DNA of 64,000 nt from Convolutriloba macropyga (lineage: Eukaryota): positions 28,892,001 to 28,956,000 of the forward strand of contig NC_134479.1 of assembly GCF_964194025.1 (NCBI RefSeq), written 5' to 3'. Below are positions 36,101 through 46,300 of this stretch, piece after piece (within the stretch, counting starts at the first letter, position 1; each line of letters starts with the position of its first letter). The notes beneath the pieces are model-generated. The model did no database searches, had not been told where the DNA came from, and worked only from the letters and a program-made list of their open reading frames with translations. The position numbers were made by a program, and so were the translations under genes.

Positions 36101-37392
36101 TAACATATGATATCCAACAGAACTCGGTAGCATTCAATGAAGTGAGAGCATGAGTAGTGGTGATCATTGAATCCTGCGACAATGCATACTGATCTCAAAT
36201 TGAGGGGAGGATACTGGTTAACTACATTGAAGAGGTCGATTAGGTTAGCTCCGCGATATGAGTGGATGGTTGCTCCAACTGCGCTGCCTTCAATATATTT
36301 TGTCCTGGATGTGCCAACTACTAAATCTTGTGCATTCCAGGGCAGGATCTGTGCAGCAAATTGTCTCATCACCTGCAAAAATATGAAGCAGTATCGTCTG
36401 GTTCGCGCATGTACAAATCCAGGAGCACAAACACAGGAGCACACTTACAGACACACAGCATACATACATATATATATATTCACATACACTATATAAATAT
36501 ATATGAAGTAAGCATGTGTAGGAGCAGTACAACCTGGTGGTTAGATGTCTTTCCTTCCGGTTTGGCCACAGACCCCAGAGAACACACAAAACCTGGGGAT
36601 CGTAGACCCGAGACCACCAACAGCACGCAGGACCACTGACAGAGCACAAACACGGCACAGCGAACCACTGAGAGCAAACTTGACAAGCCTGTTTCTAAAA
36701 TCCCTTAAGGGCGCTCCACCACACACAGGCAACTCATGATCATAGCGTATCTATTTAATAAGCTTATCGCAACAATTAGGCTAAGGGAGTTAATTAAAAG
36801 AAATTTTAACGCGTAGTTTAGTTTAAAAGTTTTTTTTCATGAAGGTCAGTTTGTTGTCGAATATTCCAACAAATTGGCATTGTCGAATTGCTCCCTTCCA
36901 TTTATGTGAACGCAATAAGTAGGGTCTGTTCAAAAACTGCAACGAAAAAGGTCAAAAACGTCATTTTACTGGTCCTGTGTTTGGATGATACCATTGAGTT
37001 CCTCTAACTCAAGAAATCAATTTTTATAAGCTCTTTGTTACTTGGCCACGTGTTTAATCTTAATAGATTTTTTCCAAATCACATGGCTAAAATTTTTGCT
37101 ATACTGTCTCTAATTCTGCATACAGTTTGCCTTATTGCGATTGCTGTGATGTCGCCACAGTAAAATTGATTTTACTGTAGTAGCTGCAATTTTACGCAAC
37201 AGAATGTTTAAAGTGATTGAATTTCTATTTTTCAGGCTACGTGCGTGTGCTGAAGGGACTAAGGAGAGAAAAAAAGCGGCTAAGAAGTTCGGAATATCAC
37301 ATGGAGTCAGTGTACTCATGGCTTATGCCGCCATTGCTGGAAATTTTTACTTTTTCTACAAGACTGGAAGTGCGATTGGATCAAATTGGTGA
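27173..37392 (+). CDS. TMEM205: TMEM205/DUF4149 membrane protein. Exons 27173-27403, 32313-32506, 37236-37392
   Basis: GTQMWVANVAGPTMYLNMERQK|FGDIQARLFPKF and C-terminal KKFGISHGVSVL match the TMEM205 pattern. Intron 2 is GT-AG; intron 1 requires a GG donor. Confidence 0.82.
27624..28860 (+). mobile_element. Partial or tandem 5' portions of Helentron-type family B, with C-rich tract
   Basis: Degenerate aat(t/a)gct...aaac.aag.ttgtag(c/a)aatt-atattagtc heads at ~27624 and ~28481. Downstream sequence matches 28872-29100. Confidence 0.6.
28872..31590 (+). mobile_element. 2.7-kb non-autonomous Helentron-type element, family B, with central tandem repeats
   Basis: 5' AATTGCTCTCAAACG plus inverted repeat (AAAC-GAA-GTTT..AGCAATT). 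3' subTIR CGTTTGAGAGAAATT at 31554-31568, then a degenerate stem-loop and TATG. C-rich tract after the head. Confidence 0.7.
29340..30900 (+). repeat. Tandem array of a ~350-373-bp unit, about 4 copies
   Basis: Marker ccg(c/t)gtc(c/t)tt...gacgcagggg recurs at ~29516, 29888, 30261 and 30609. Confidence 0.9.
31657..32040 (+). mobile_element. ~380-bp Helentron-type family B element containing a tRNA-like module (~31868-31940)
   Basis: 5' aattgctctcaaacgaag and 3' cgtttgagagaatct...ttagtcggtttat. Internal A box TAGCTAGGTGG and degenerate B box GGTTTTGAGCC. Confidence 0.7.
32774..35782 (-). pseudogene. CRE ORF2, PHD finger-RT-zinc knuckle-RLE (~1002 codons) with one premature TGA at 34640-34642
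   Basis: ORFs 34640-35782 and 32774-34609 are in the same frame. N-terminal C4HC3 (CSKC..WCYGC..MHIKC..FICKHC). RT motifs GPSGLD, RPIGIGE, IDARNAFNSLNR, QGDP, WYADD. CACG..HALHC, then RHN, RLDI, FFDVKV and KKLKY for the RLE. Confidence 0.92.
35836..36369 (-). CDS. ORF1 of the CRE element, SGNH/GDSL hydrolase (esterase)
   Basis: Blocks I VVGTS, II YRGA, III VAGFND and V RDGIHF, so the Ser-Asp-His triad is intact. First ATG at 36369 follows a tttttgcag acceptor-like site. The ORF ends 53 nt before ORF2. Confidence 0.85.
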   Translation of the reverse strand: MRQFAAQILPWNAQDLVVGTSRTKYIEGSAVGATIHSYRGANLIDLFNVVNQYPPLNLRSVCIVAGFNDHHYSCSHFIECYRVLLDIICYKFQPRIVVSPKIIATSNNKLLNRKIYFMNLALHRFLHFYAVPLIVSPYFFFSRSAFCRDGIHFSFYGNHLFTLYLHNVISFCNEFYA

Positions 37393-37580
37393 TATCTATT
37401 TCTTACTGCAGGGGCAATAGTGTTGCCTGAAGACGATTCTTAACTTTTTAATGACTCTTGCATTCTCGAAAATACTTTTATCAAAGTTTTAGTCTTTGCC
37501 TAACTTTAAGTTGAAATTTAGTGACATTTGCATTGCTTTTATTTGCAAGAGCGACCATAATCGATTGATATGTCACAGCC

Positions 37581-40031
37581 GGTGTCCGGACAATATACCC
37601 AATACCATAAAACCCAATGCCATTATACCCAATTCCAAATTACCCAATGCGCCAAAATACCCAATTCCAAATTACCCAATGTGCCAAAATACCCAATGCC
37701 AAATTATCCAAAAATACCCAATTCCATTATACCCAATGCCAAACTACCCTAATTATAGGTTATAAACTTGAAATTTACGTACAATCCCACAATTAAGGTA
37801 CCAGTCTACCATTAAGTACAAATTAACTAATTAAGTAAACAAGACGCAAAGGTATCACCGAAATTGAATTGTAGAAATAACATGACTCGTCATTCTACTC
37901 TTTAAGTTTGGCCAAAAATGGACGCTAAACATGAGCGAAATTACTTGGGGTACGTTTCAGCAGAACCGATTAACTCTAATCCTTGATGGACACGAGTTTC
38001 ACAAGAAGTTAGAAACAAAAACTACTACGCATTAGAAATGCTCAAAATGGAGCTCCTATAAATGTAATGTTACGGCTATTGCCACTGGAAAAACGAGCAC
38101 AACCACGAAATTGTGCCCGGACAAGTACAAGTGAAACAGATTCTTGGTCAAATGAAGGAGACAGCCAGAACGGAACAGAATCCAGTGAATAATATGATAA
38201 TTGCCAGCAGTCTGATACCAATCGGGTCCGATGTTGAAACGCAGCTGTCTTTGCCAACTATATATCTGCTATCAATCGGACACTAAACCGCCAAAAAGCA
38301 TCCGAGAACTGACAAGAGCCGCCAATTACAGACAGACTTTTTGAAGTGCCCGCGAAGTTGAAAGAATTCTGCCTTTGAGACGGGAACAACTGACAACGAG
38401 AGAATTCTGATTTTTGGAAAACAAGAAAATCTAGAATCCCTGAAAACCAACAATGCGCTTTGGCTTTGACGGAACCTTCAAAATATCTCCCATCCAGTTT
38501 TACCAACTATACACAATTCATATTCGGATTGGAGAATTTTATCCACCTTGTATTTATGCTCTACTTAGCAACAAAGAGAGAACTCGTGTCGGAAGCTTCT
38601 TGTTGGCTAGAATCAGCTTACTGGCGGAGTTTGGCCGGAAAATTATCTGCTGGATTTCGAAAAGGCGGCAATCAATATCTCATAACAATATCCAGCAAGT
38701 GAGATAAAAGGCTGGTATTTTCACTCGTGTCAAGTTTCCTGAAGAAGATTTATGAAAGCAACCGTGAACTAGCATTGACCTTGCGAATGATTCCTGCACT
38801 CAGTTTCGTCCCTGATCCAATGGTATCGGTCTCCGTCAGTCTTGTAATGGAGGAAATACAAGATGCCTTTGAAATTGCAAAAATAGACATTATTTGCAGA
38901 TGATAGACGAACTTACTTCTTACTTTCAGGGGACATATATCCGAGATGAAAACGTTGGCCGGATCAGTAGAGAATCTCAAAAACCTTTGGCACTCTGGAA
39001 CCACAACAAAGATGCAGCTGAAGGCTTAGCAGGAACAACAAATGCAGTTGAAGAATGAAATTTAGGCGTTATGTCCCTATTTCAAGGCAACCATCCCTGC
39101 ATTCGGACTTTTCTGGAGAAGATATCGCTCGATGCTGCTAACCAAAAATTCAACACTATCAAAGCTCTAAAGGGAAAGAACAAGAGCCGAAAGAAATACC
39201 GAGTTCTGAATGAAAACATCAAAAACATGCAAAAAATTTCAAAACTGATGTCTCATATTTACGTTCACTTGCTTACTATACACATTGCTGAGCGTTTATA
39301 CTTGTTATATGTGAGTTTTGTGGTGCTATCGAATAAATTTTTCAAAAAAAGCATTACTCGAAAACTAGAAGAGCTAGAGAGCTGATAATTTGACAGATTT
39401 TTTGTGTGGGATAGTCTTCTAGATTCCTCTCCCCACCCACTGCCAACACCGCCAGTAGCTGGTATTAGCAGGTTTTCCCGACTTTTTCCAATTTTTTGTT
39501 TCCGATCGTGTTATTAAGTCGACTTTCGATTTTTTTAGAAAATTTTTGACTCACCGGAATTCGAACCGTTGCTGTGTTTTTCGTTGCGTGCTGTAACCGC
39601 TGTGCCAATTCCGATTTTAACGTCTTTTTATGTTTACAGTGATATATTGAGTTATCTTTCATGTGTTATGTTTAAAAAAATTTAACCTAAAAGGCGGTTT
39701 GACCTAAAAAGCGGTTTGACCTAAAGGTGGTTTGACCTAAAAGCGGACTTTCAATTGTCGAAGTTGCTTGTTCTCGTTTAAATTTTTCTGTGCAAGCGTT
39801 CTAAAAGCTGACGTCATTTCGACTCGCTTGGTTCCTTATAAGCACAATTAGGCTTTATCAATTCGCCTTTAAACATAAAATGAGCATTCTTTATCAAAGT
39901 TAGCATCAAAGTGATTATTGTTATTATTACAATTGGGTATATTTGCATTGGGTTGTTTGGCATTGGGTATTTTGGAATTGGGTATTTTGGCATATTCGGT
40001 ATAATGGCATTGGGTATATTGTCATGTAACC
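37581..40031 (+). mobile_element. Decayed Mutator-like (MULE) DNA transposon with FLYWCH-type N-terminus
   Basis: TIRs GGTGTCCGGACAATATACCCAAT / ATTGGGTATATTGTCATGTAACC with tacccaat subterminal repeats. 9-bp TSD gtcacagcc / gtcaaagac (7 of 9 match). Pseudo-ORF from 37931: LILDGHEFHKK..H*KC..YKC, DGTFKISPIQFYQLYTIH..PCIYALL, TTNAVE. Confidence 0.9.
39548..39613 (-). other. tRNA-derived Pol III-type module inside an insertion within the MULE (second copy ~44307-44372)
   Basis: Minus-strand A box TGGCACAGCGG and B box GGTTCGAATTC, without a complete cloverleaf. Adjacent 4x ~18-bp gacctaaaaggcggttt repeat. Confidence 0.5.
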
Positions 40032-40321
40032 GTCAAAGACGAATAGATCTTGAGTGTCGACTAGGATATGGTCGTCTCAACATAAATTATGCTTCGTTTG
40101 TACTATCAAACTGTATCTTGGTAATTTTTAATTGTTGAACGAAGTTCATAGCAATTATTGTAAACGTGTTGGTCTTTTTTATGCAAAAGTTTTGCTTGAA
40201 AGTTTTTACTTTTCGAATGGCTTTTAGGTCCTTGACTTTTTCGTTTTGCGTGATCCAAATTTGTTAAATGAAGACTATGACGATTATGGTGATTCTGGAG
40301 AAGATATCGCTCGATGCTGCA

Positions 40322-41543
40322 GGTTCCGGGGGTGTCTCGATTGAGGGTGTTGGATCATGTTCTTGAGGATCAATTTTTGCAGGTTGACTGCAGTGTTTGC
40401 AAATGAAGTTTGGATGTTGATTGTTTTTAGTTGACAGACCACTGCATTTGATATGCATATATGTACCGCAACCGTAGCACCAAACTCCACCTCCTCGGAG
40501 GTGAATAGAACACTTAGAGCAATGGGTTTGAGTATCTGACATTGTCAGAGGGAGGCTGTTTACCGAGTGTAGATTATTGATAAAGATGAATATAACTATG
40601 CATAAAATTCATTGCAAAAGGATATCACATTATGTAGATACAGCGTAAACAAATGGTTACCGTAGAAAGAGAAATGAATACCATCTCGACAAAAAGCAGA
40701 CCTGCTGAAGAAAAAATATGGTGAAACAATCAAAGGAACTGCATAAAAATGAAGAAATCGATGCAGAGCCAAGTTCATGAAATATATTTTCCTGTTAACA
40801 AGTTTATTAATTGAAGTGGCAATTATTTTAGGTGAAACGACAATACGCGGTTGGAATTTATAACATATGATATCCAACAGAACTCGGTAGCATTCAATGA
40901 AGTGAGAGCATGAGTAGTGGTGATCATTGAATCCTGCGACAATGCATACTGATCTCAAATTGAGGGGAGGATACTGGTTAACTACATTGAAGAGGTCGAT
41001 TAGGTTAGCTCCGCGATATGAGTGGATGGTTGCTCCAACTGCGCTGCCTTCAATATATTTTGTCCTGGATGTGCCAATTACTAAATCTTGTGCATTCCAG
41101 GGCAGGATCTGTGCAGCAAATTGTCTCATCACCTGCAAAAATATGAAGCAGTATCGTCTGGTTCGCGCATGTACAAATCCAGGAGCACAAACACAGGAGC
41201 TTACTTACAGACACACAGCATACATACATATATATATTCACATACACTATATAAATATATATGAAGTAAGCATGTGTAGGAGCAGTACAACCTGGTGGTT
41301 AGATGTCTTTCCTTCCGGTTTGGCCACAGACCCCAGAGAACACACAAAACCTGGGGATCGTAGACCCGAGACCACCAACAGCACGCAGGACCACTGACAG
41401 AGCACAAACACGGCACAGCGAACCACTGAGAGCAAACTTGACAAGCCTGTTTCTAAAATCCCTTAAGGGCGCTCCACCACACACAGGCAACTCATGATCA
41501 TAGCGTATCTATTTAATAAGTTTATCGCAACAATTAGGCTAAG
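40322..41543 (-). mobile_element. Duplicated 5' part of the CRE element (5' UTR, SGNH ORF1 40596-41129, PHD finger only)
   Basis: Copy of 35562-36785, truncated at the duplication junction. Confidence 0.9.
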
Positions 41544-41992
41544 GGAGTTAATTAAAAGAAATTTTAACGCGTAGTTTAGTTTAAGTTTTTTTTTCATGAA
41601 GGTCAGTTTGTTGTCGAATATTCCAACAAATTGGCATTGTCGAATTGCTCCCTTCCATTTATGTGAACGCAATGAGTAGGGTCTGTTCAAAAACCGCAAC
41701 GAAAAAGGTCAAAAACGTCATTTTACTGGTCCTGTGTTTGGATGATACCATTGAGTTCCTCTAACTCAAGAAATCAATTTTTATAAGCTCTTTGTTACTT
41801 GGCCACGTGTTTAATCTTAATAGATTTTTTCCAAATCACATGGCTAAAATTTTCGCTATACTGTCTCTGATTCTGCATACAGTTTGCCTTATTGCGATTG
41901 CTGTGATGTCGCTACAGTAAAATTGACTTTACTGTAGTAGCTGCAATTTTACGCAACAGAATGTTTAAAGTGATTGAATATCTGTTTTTCAG

Positions 41993-42149
41993 GCTACGTG
42001 CGTGTGCTGAAGGGACTAAGGAGAGAAAAAAAGCGGCTAAGAAGTTCGGAATATCACATGGAGTCAGTGTACTCATGGCTTATGCCGCCATTGCTGGAAA
42101 TTTTTACTTTTTCTACAAGACTGGAAGTGCGATTGGATCAAATTGGTGA
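41993..42149 (+). other. TMEM205: Duplicate of the TMEM205 last coding exon (intact acceptor, same peptide)
   Basis: tttttcag|GCTACGTGCG...AATTGGTGA is the same coding sequence as 37236-37392. Confidence 0.85.
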
Positions 42150-42337
42150 TATCTATTTCTTACTGCAGGGGCAATAGTGTTGCCTGAAGACGATTCTTAA
42201 CTTTTTAATGACTCTTGCATTCTCGAAAATACTTTTATCAAAGTTTTAGTCTTTGCCTAACTTTAAGTTGAAATTTAGTGACATTTGCATTGCTTTTATT
42301 TGCAAGAGCGACCATAATCGATTGATATGTCACAGCC

Positions 42338-44790
42338 GGTGTCCGGACAATATACCCAATACCATAAAACCCAATGCCATTATACCCAATTCCAAATTAC
42401 CCAATGCGCCAAAATACCCAATTCCAAATTACCCAATGTGCCAAAATACCCAATGCCAAATTATCCAAAAATACCCAATTCCATTATACCCAATGCCAAA
42501 CTACCCTAATTATAGGTTATAAACTTGAAATTTACGTACAATCCCACAATTAAGGTACCAGTCTACCATTAAGTACAAATTAACTAATTAAGTAAACAAG
42601 ACGCAAAGGTATCACCGAAATTGAATTGTAGAAATAACATGACTCGTCATTCTACTCTTTAAGTTTGGCCAAAAATGGACGCTAAACATGAGCGAAATTA
42701 CTTGGGGTACGTTTCAGCAGAACCGATTAACTCTAATCCTTGATGGACACGAGTTTCACAAGAAGTTAGAAACAAAAACTACTACGCATTAGAAATGCTC
42801 AAAATGGAGCTTCTATAAATGTAATGTTACGGCTATTGCCACTGGAAAAACGAGCACAACCACGAAATTGTGCCCGGACAAGTACAAGTGAAACAGATTC
42901 TTGGTCAAATGAAGGAGACAGCCAGAACGGAACAGAATCCAGTGAATAATATGATAATTGCCAGCAGTCTGATACCAATCGGGTCCGATGTTGAAACGCA
43001 GCTGTCTTTGCCAACTATATATCTGCTATCAATCGGACACTAAACCGCCAAAAAGCATCCGAGAACTGACAAGAGCCGCCAATTACAGACAGACTTTTTG
43101 AAGTGCCCGCGAAGTTGAAAGAATTCTGCCTTTGAGACGGGAACAACTGACAACGAGAGAATTCTGATTTTTGGAAAACAAGAAAATCTAGAATCCCTGA
43201 AAACCAACAATGCGCTTTGGCTTTGACGGAACCTTCAAAATATCTCCCATCCAGTTTTACCAACTATACACAATTCATATTCGGATTGGAGAATTTTATC
43301 CACCTTGTATTTATGCTCTACTTAGCAACAAAGAGAGAACTCGTGTCGGAAGCTTCTTGTTGGCTAGAATCAGCTTACTGGCGGAGTTTGGCCGGAAAAT
43401 TATCTGCTGGATTTCGAAAAGGCGGCAATCAATATCTCATAACAATATCCAGCAAGTGAGATAAAAGGCTGGTATTTTCACTCGTGTCAAGTTTCCTGAA
43501 GAAGATTTATGAAAGCAACCGTGAACTAGCATTGACCTTGCGAATGATTCCTGCACTCAGTTTCGTCCCTGATCCAATGGTATCGGTCTCCGTCAGTCTT
43601 GTAATGGAGGAAATACAAGATGCCTTTGAAATTGCAAAAATAGACATTATTTGCAGATGATAGACGAACTTACTTCTTACTTTCAGGGGACATATATCCG
43701 AGATGAAAACGTTGGCCGGATCAGTAGAGAATCTCAAAAACCTTTGGCACTCTGGAACCACAACAAAGATGCAGCTGAAGGCTTAGCAGGAACAACAAAT
43801 GCAGTTGAAGAATGAAATTTAGGCGTTATGTCCCTATTTCAAGGCAACCATCCCTGCATTCGGACTTTTCTGGAGAAGATATCGCTCGATGCTGCTAACC
43901 AAAAATTCAACACTATCAAAGCTCTAAAGGGAAAGAACAAGAGCCGAAAGAAATACCGAGTTCTGAATGAAAACATCAAAAACATGCAAAAAATTTCAAA
44001 ACTGATGTCTCATATTTACGTTCACTTGCTTACTATACACATTGCTGAGCGTTTATACTTGTTATATGTGAGTTTTGTGGTGCTATCGAATAAATTTTTC
44101 AAAAAAAGCATTACTCGAAAACTAGAAGAGCTAGAGAGCTGATAATTTGACAGATTTTTTGTGTGGGATAGTCTTCTAGATTCCTCTCCCCACCCACTGC
44201 CAACACCGCCAGTAGCTGGTATTAGCAGGTTTTCCCGACTTTTTCCCAATTTTTTGTTTCCGATCGTGTTATTAAGTCGACTTTCGATTTTTTTAGAAAA
44301 TTTTTGACTCACCGGAATTCGAACCGTTGCTGTGTTTTTCGTTGCGTGCTGTAACCGCTGTGCCAATTCCGATTTTAACGTCTTTTTATGTTTACAGTGA
44401 TATATTGAGTTATCTTTCATGTGTTATGTTTAAAAAAATTTAACCTAAAAGGCGGTTTGACCTAAAAAGGGGTTTGACCTAAAGGTGGTTTGACCTAAAA
44501 GCGGACTTTCAATTGTCGAAGTTGCTTGTTCTCGTTTAAATTTTTCTGTGCAAGCGTTCTAAAAGCTGACGTCATTTCGACTCGCTTGGTTCCTTATAAG
44601 CACAATTAGGCTTTATCAATTCGCCTTTAAACATAAAATGAGCATTCTTTATCAAAGTTAGCATCAAAGTGATTATTGTTATTATTACAATTGGGTATAT
44701 TTGCATTGGGTTGTTTGGCATTGGGTATTTTGGAATTTGGATATTTTGGCATATTCGGTATAATGGCATTGGGTATTTTGTCATGTAACC
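42338..44790 (+). mobile_element. Second copy of the decayed MULE (part of the tandem duplication)
   Basis: Same TIRs, same TSD and same inactivating lesions as 37581-40031. Confidence 0.9.
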
Positions 44791-45022
44791 GTCAAAGACG
44801 AATAGATCTTGAGTGTCGACTAGGATATGGTCGTCTCAACATAAATTATGCTTCGTTTGTACTATCAAACTGTATTTTGGTAATTTTTAATTGTTGAACG
44901 AAGTTCATAGCAATTATTGTAAACGTGTTGGTCTTTTTTATGCAAAAGTTTTGCTTGAAAGTTTTTTACTTTTCGAATGGCTTTTAGGTCCTTGACTTTT
45001 TCGTTTTGCGTGATCCAAATTT

Positions 45023-45331
45023 GTTAAATGAAGACTATGACGTCAAATGCCAAGAAGCCAATGAGATGTTCAATAAATGGCAGAATGTCGAAATGGATTT
45101 GACTGGTTTGTTAAATTTTGTCAAGATCACGACATAATACTTCCTGCTTGTATGTTAAATGATATTGAGCTAATGTTCTTGTATGAGCCTTGTTAATTGC
45201 TCTCAAACAGTTAGTAGCTGTTGTTTGAGTCCTTTTAATTTTCTTTCTCAATGATTTATTGTCTGATCATTGTTTGTCCGAATAGTTTCAGGCGTCAAAA
45301 TAAAGTTCAAAATGTGTATAAATTAGTTATT
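45023..45331 (+). pseudogene. GOLGA5: Displaced copy of the 3' half of a GOLGA5 exon plus following intron
   Basis: LNEDYDVKCQEANEMFNKWQNVEMD and ~230 nt of downstream intron match 63635-63950. Confidence 0.85.
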
Positions 45332-45580
45332 ATTTCTGTAATTTTAAATTGAATGTTACCTAGTTTTTTGTCGATAGTCGGTTTGGCTCATTTTGGTCGA
45401 AAGGTTGTCCGCTGCGCAATTATGCTAACTTACAATTAAATCGGTCTATAATACGAGGTCATATATGAATTCCTGTAAGTACGCTAGTATATGAATCCTG
45501 GAAATCATATAGGTCATAGATGATTTGTATGATTTCCTGCTAATAATGGAAGGGTTATACAATTTTTCAAGAGATGATTC

Positions 45581-45937
45581 AATGCTCTTTAACGAAGTTC
45601 ATAGCAATTATTGTAAATGTGTTGGTCTTTGTTTTATGCAAATTTTTCGCTTGACCGTTTTTGCGCTCTTCTTCTACAACATTCTTTTACTTCTCAAGTG
45701 ACTTTTTTTCGCCTTCGTTCTTCATTTTTGAACGATACTATTGTTAGCACTTCGAAGTAAAGCTTGTTGCTAATATAAAACCGGTTAGCAGCAGATCAAA
45801 AAATAAGGTCTGATAGCCGTGTGGTCAGTGCATGTGGCCATGAATCGGGAGGTCAATGGTTCGAATCCCTCCTGGGGCGAAATTTCTCTACTCGCCTGTC
45901 GTTCGAGAGCTATTCCTCCGACATTAGTTGGTTTATG
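45581..45937 (+). mobile_element. ~360-bp Helentron-type family B element with tRNA-like module (45807-45880)
   Basis: 5' aatgctctttaacgaagttcatagcaatt and 3' cgttcgagagctatt-cct-ccgacattagttgg-tttatg. A box TAGCCGTGTGG and B box GGTTCGAATCC. Confidence 0.7.
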
Positions 45938-46300
45938 TTTATTTCGGAGTTTTTTTTCAAGCATTTGCTCAAGCTCAAAATATTTTTACTGTGGACTATA
46001 CACTTAGTGCTATTGTGTAAATTGCATATCTTATAGACTGACGCAAGGACGAGGGCATAAATTAGTAAAAGAAGAGATGGAACGTTTGGTTTCTTGAAAG
46101 AAATTTGAGAAAAGTTGAGAACTTTGAAATTATTTTTTGAGAGGTGAAATACCATAGCTTTTTAATTGCTCTAGAACGAAATTTGAAGCAATTATCGTTG
46201 ATGTCAAAATTTGCAAAATTTGCTCTCGATTTTTTGGTTTTTCGAGCGACTTTTGCGTCCTGAACTTCTCGCTTTTGGAGTGATGTAAATGGTTATCATT

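Larger units (their letters stand above)
32542..36785 (-). mobile_element. Apparently full-length CRE-clade non-LTR retrotransposon (RT plus restriction-like endonuclease) in TMEM205 intron 2
   Basis: 15-bp direct repeat GGAGTTAATTAAAAG at 32527-32541 and 36786-36800 (TSD). Two ORFs and no poly(A) tail. Confidence 0.9.
35562..45042 (+). repeat. 4.76-kb tandem duplication (35562-40282 and 40322-45042) with a 39-nt junction insert
   Basis: Near-identical copies at offset ~4760 with scattered SNPs and indels. The unit holds the CRE 5' end, the last TMEM205 exon and the MULE. Confidence 0.95.

Noticed and set aside
36684-36732. Possible hammerhead ribozyme in the CRE leader (GCCTGT...GAAACAGGC)
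   Set aside because: There is no CUGANGA core and the cleavage-site base would be G.
36167-36739. Multiple overlapping short ORFs in the CRE 5' region (repeated at 40927-41497)
   Set aside because: They are antisense or non-ATG frames in GC-rich UTR sequence, and several differ between the two copies through an indel.
37496-37765. Pro/Asn/Tyr-rich ORFs (also 42253-42522) and Gly/Ile-rich ORFs at 39911-40138 and 44676-44897
   Set aside because: They are translations of the MULE subterminal tacccaat repeats.
45807-45880. Functional tRNA gene (also 31868-31940 and 39548-39613)
   Set aside because: The acceptor and anticodon stems pair poorly and each lies inside a repeat; reported as tRNA-derived instead.
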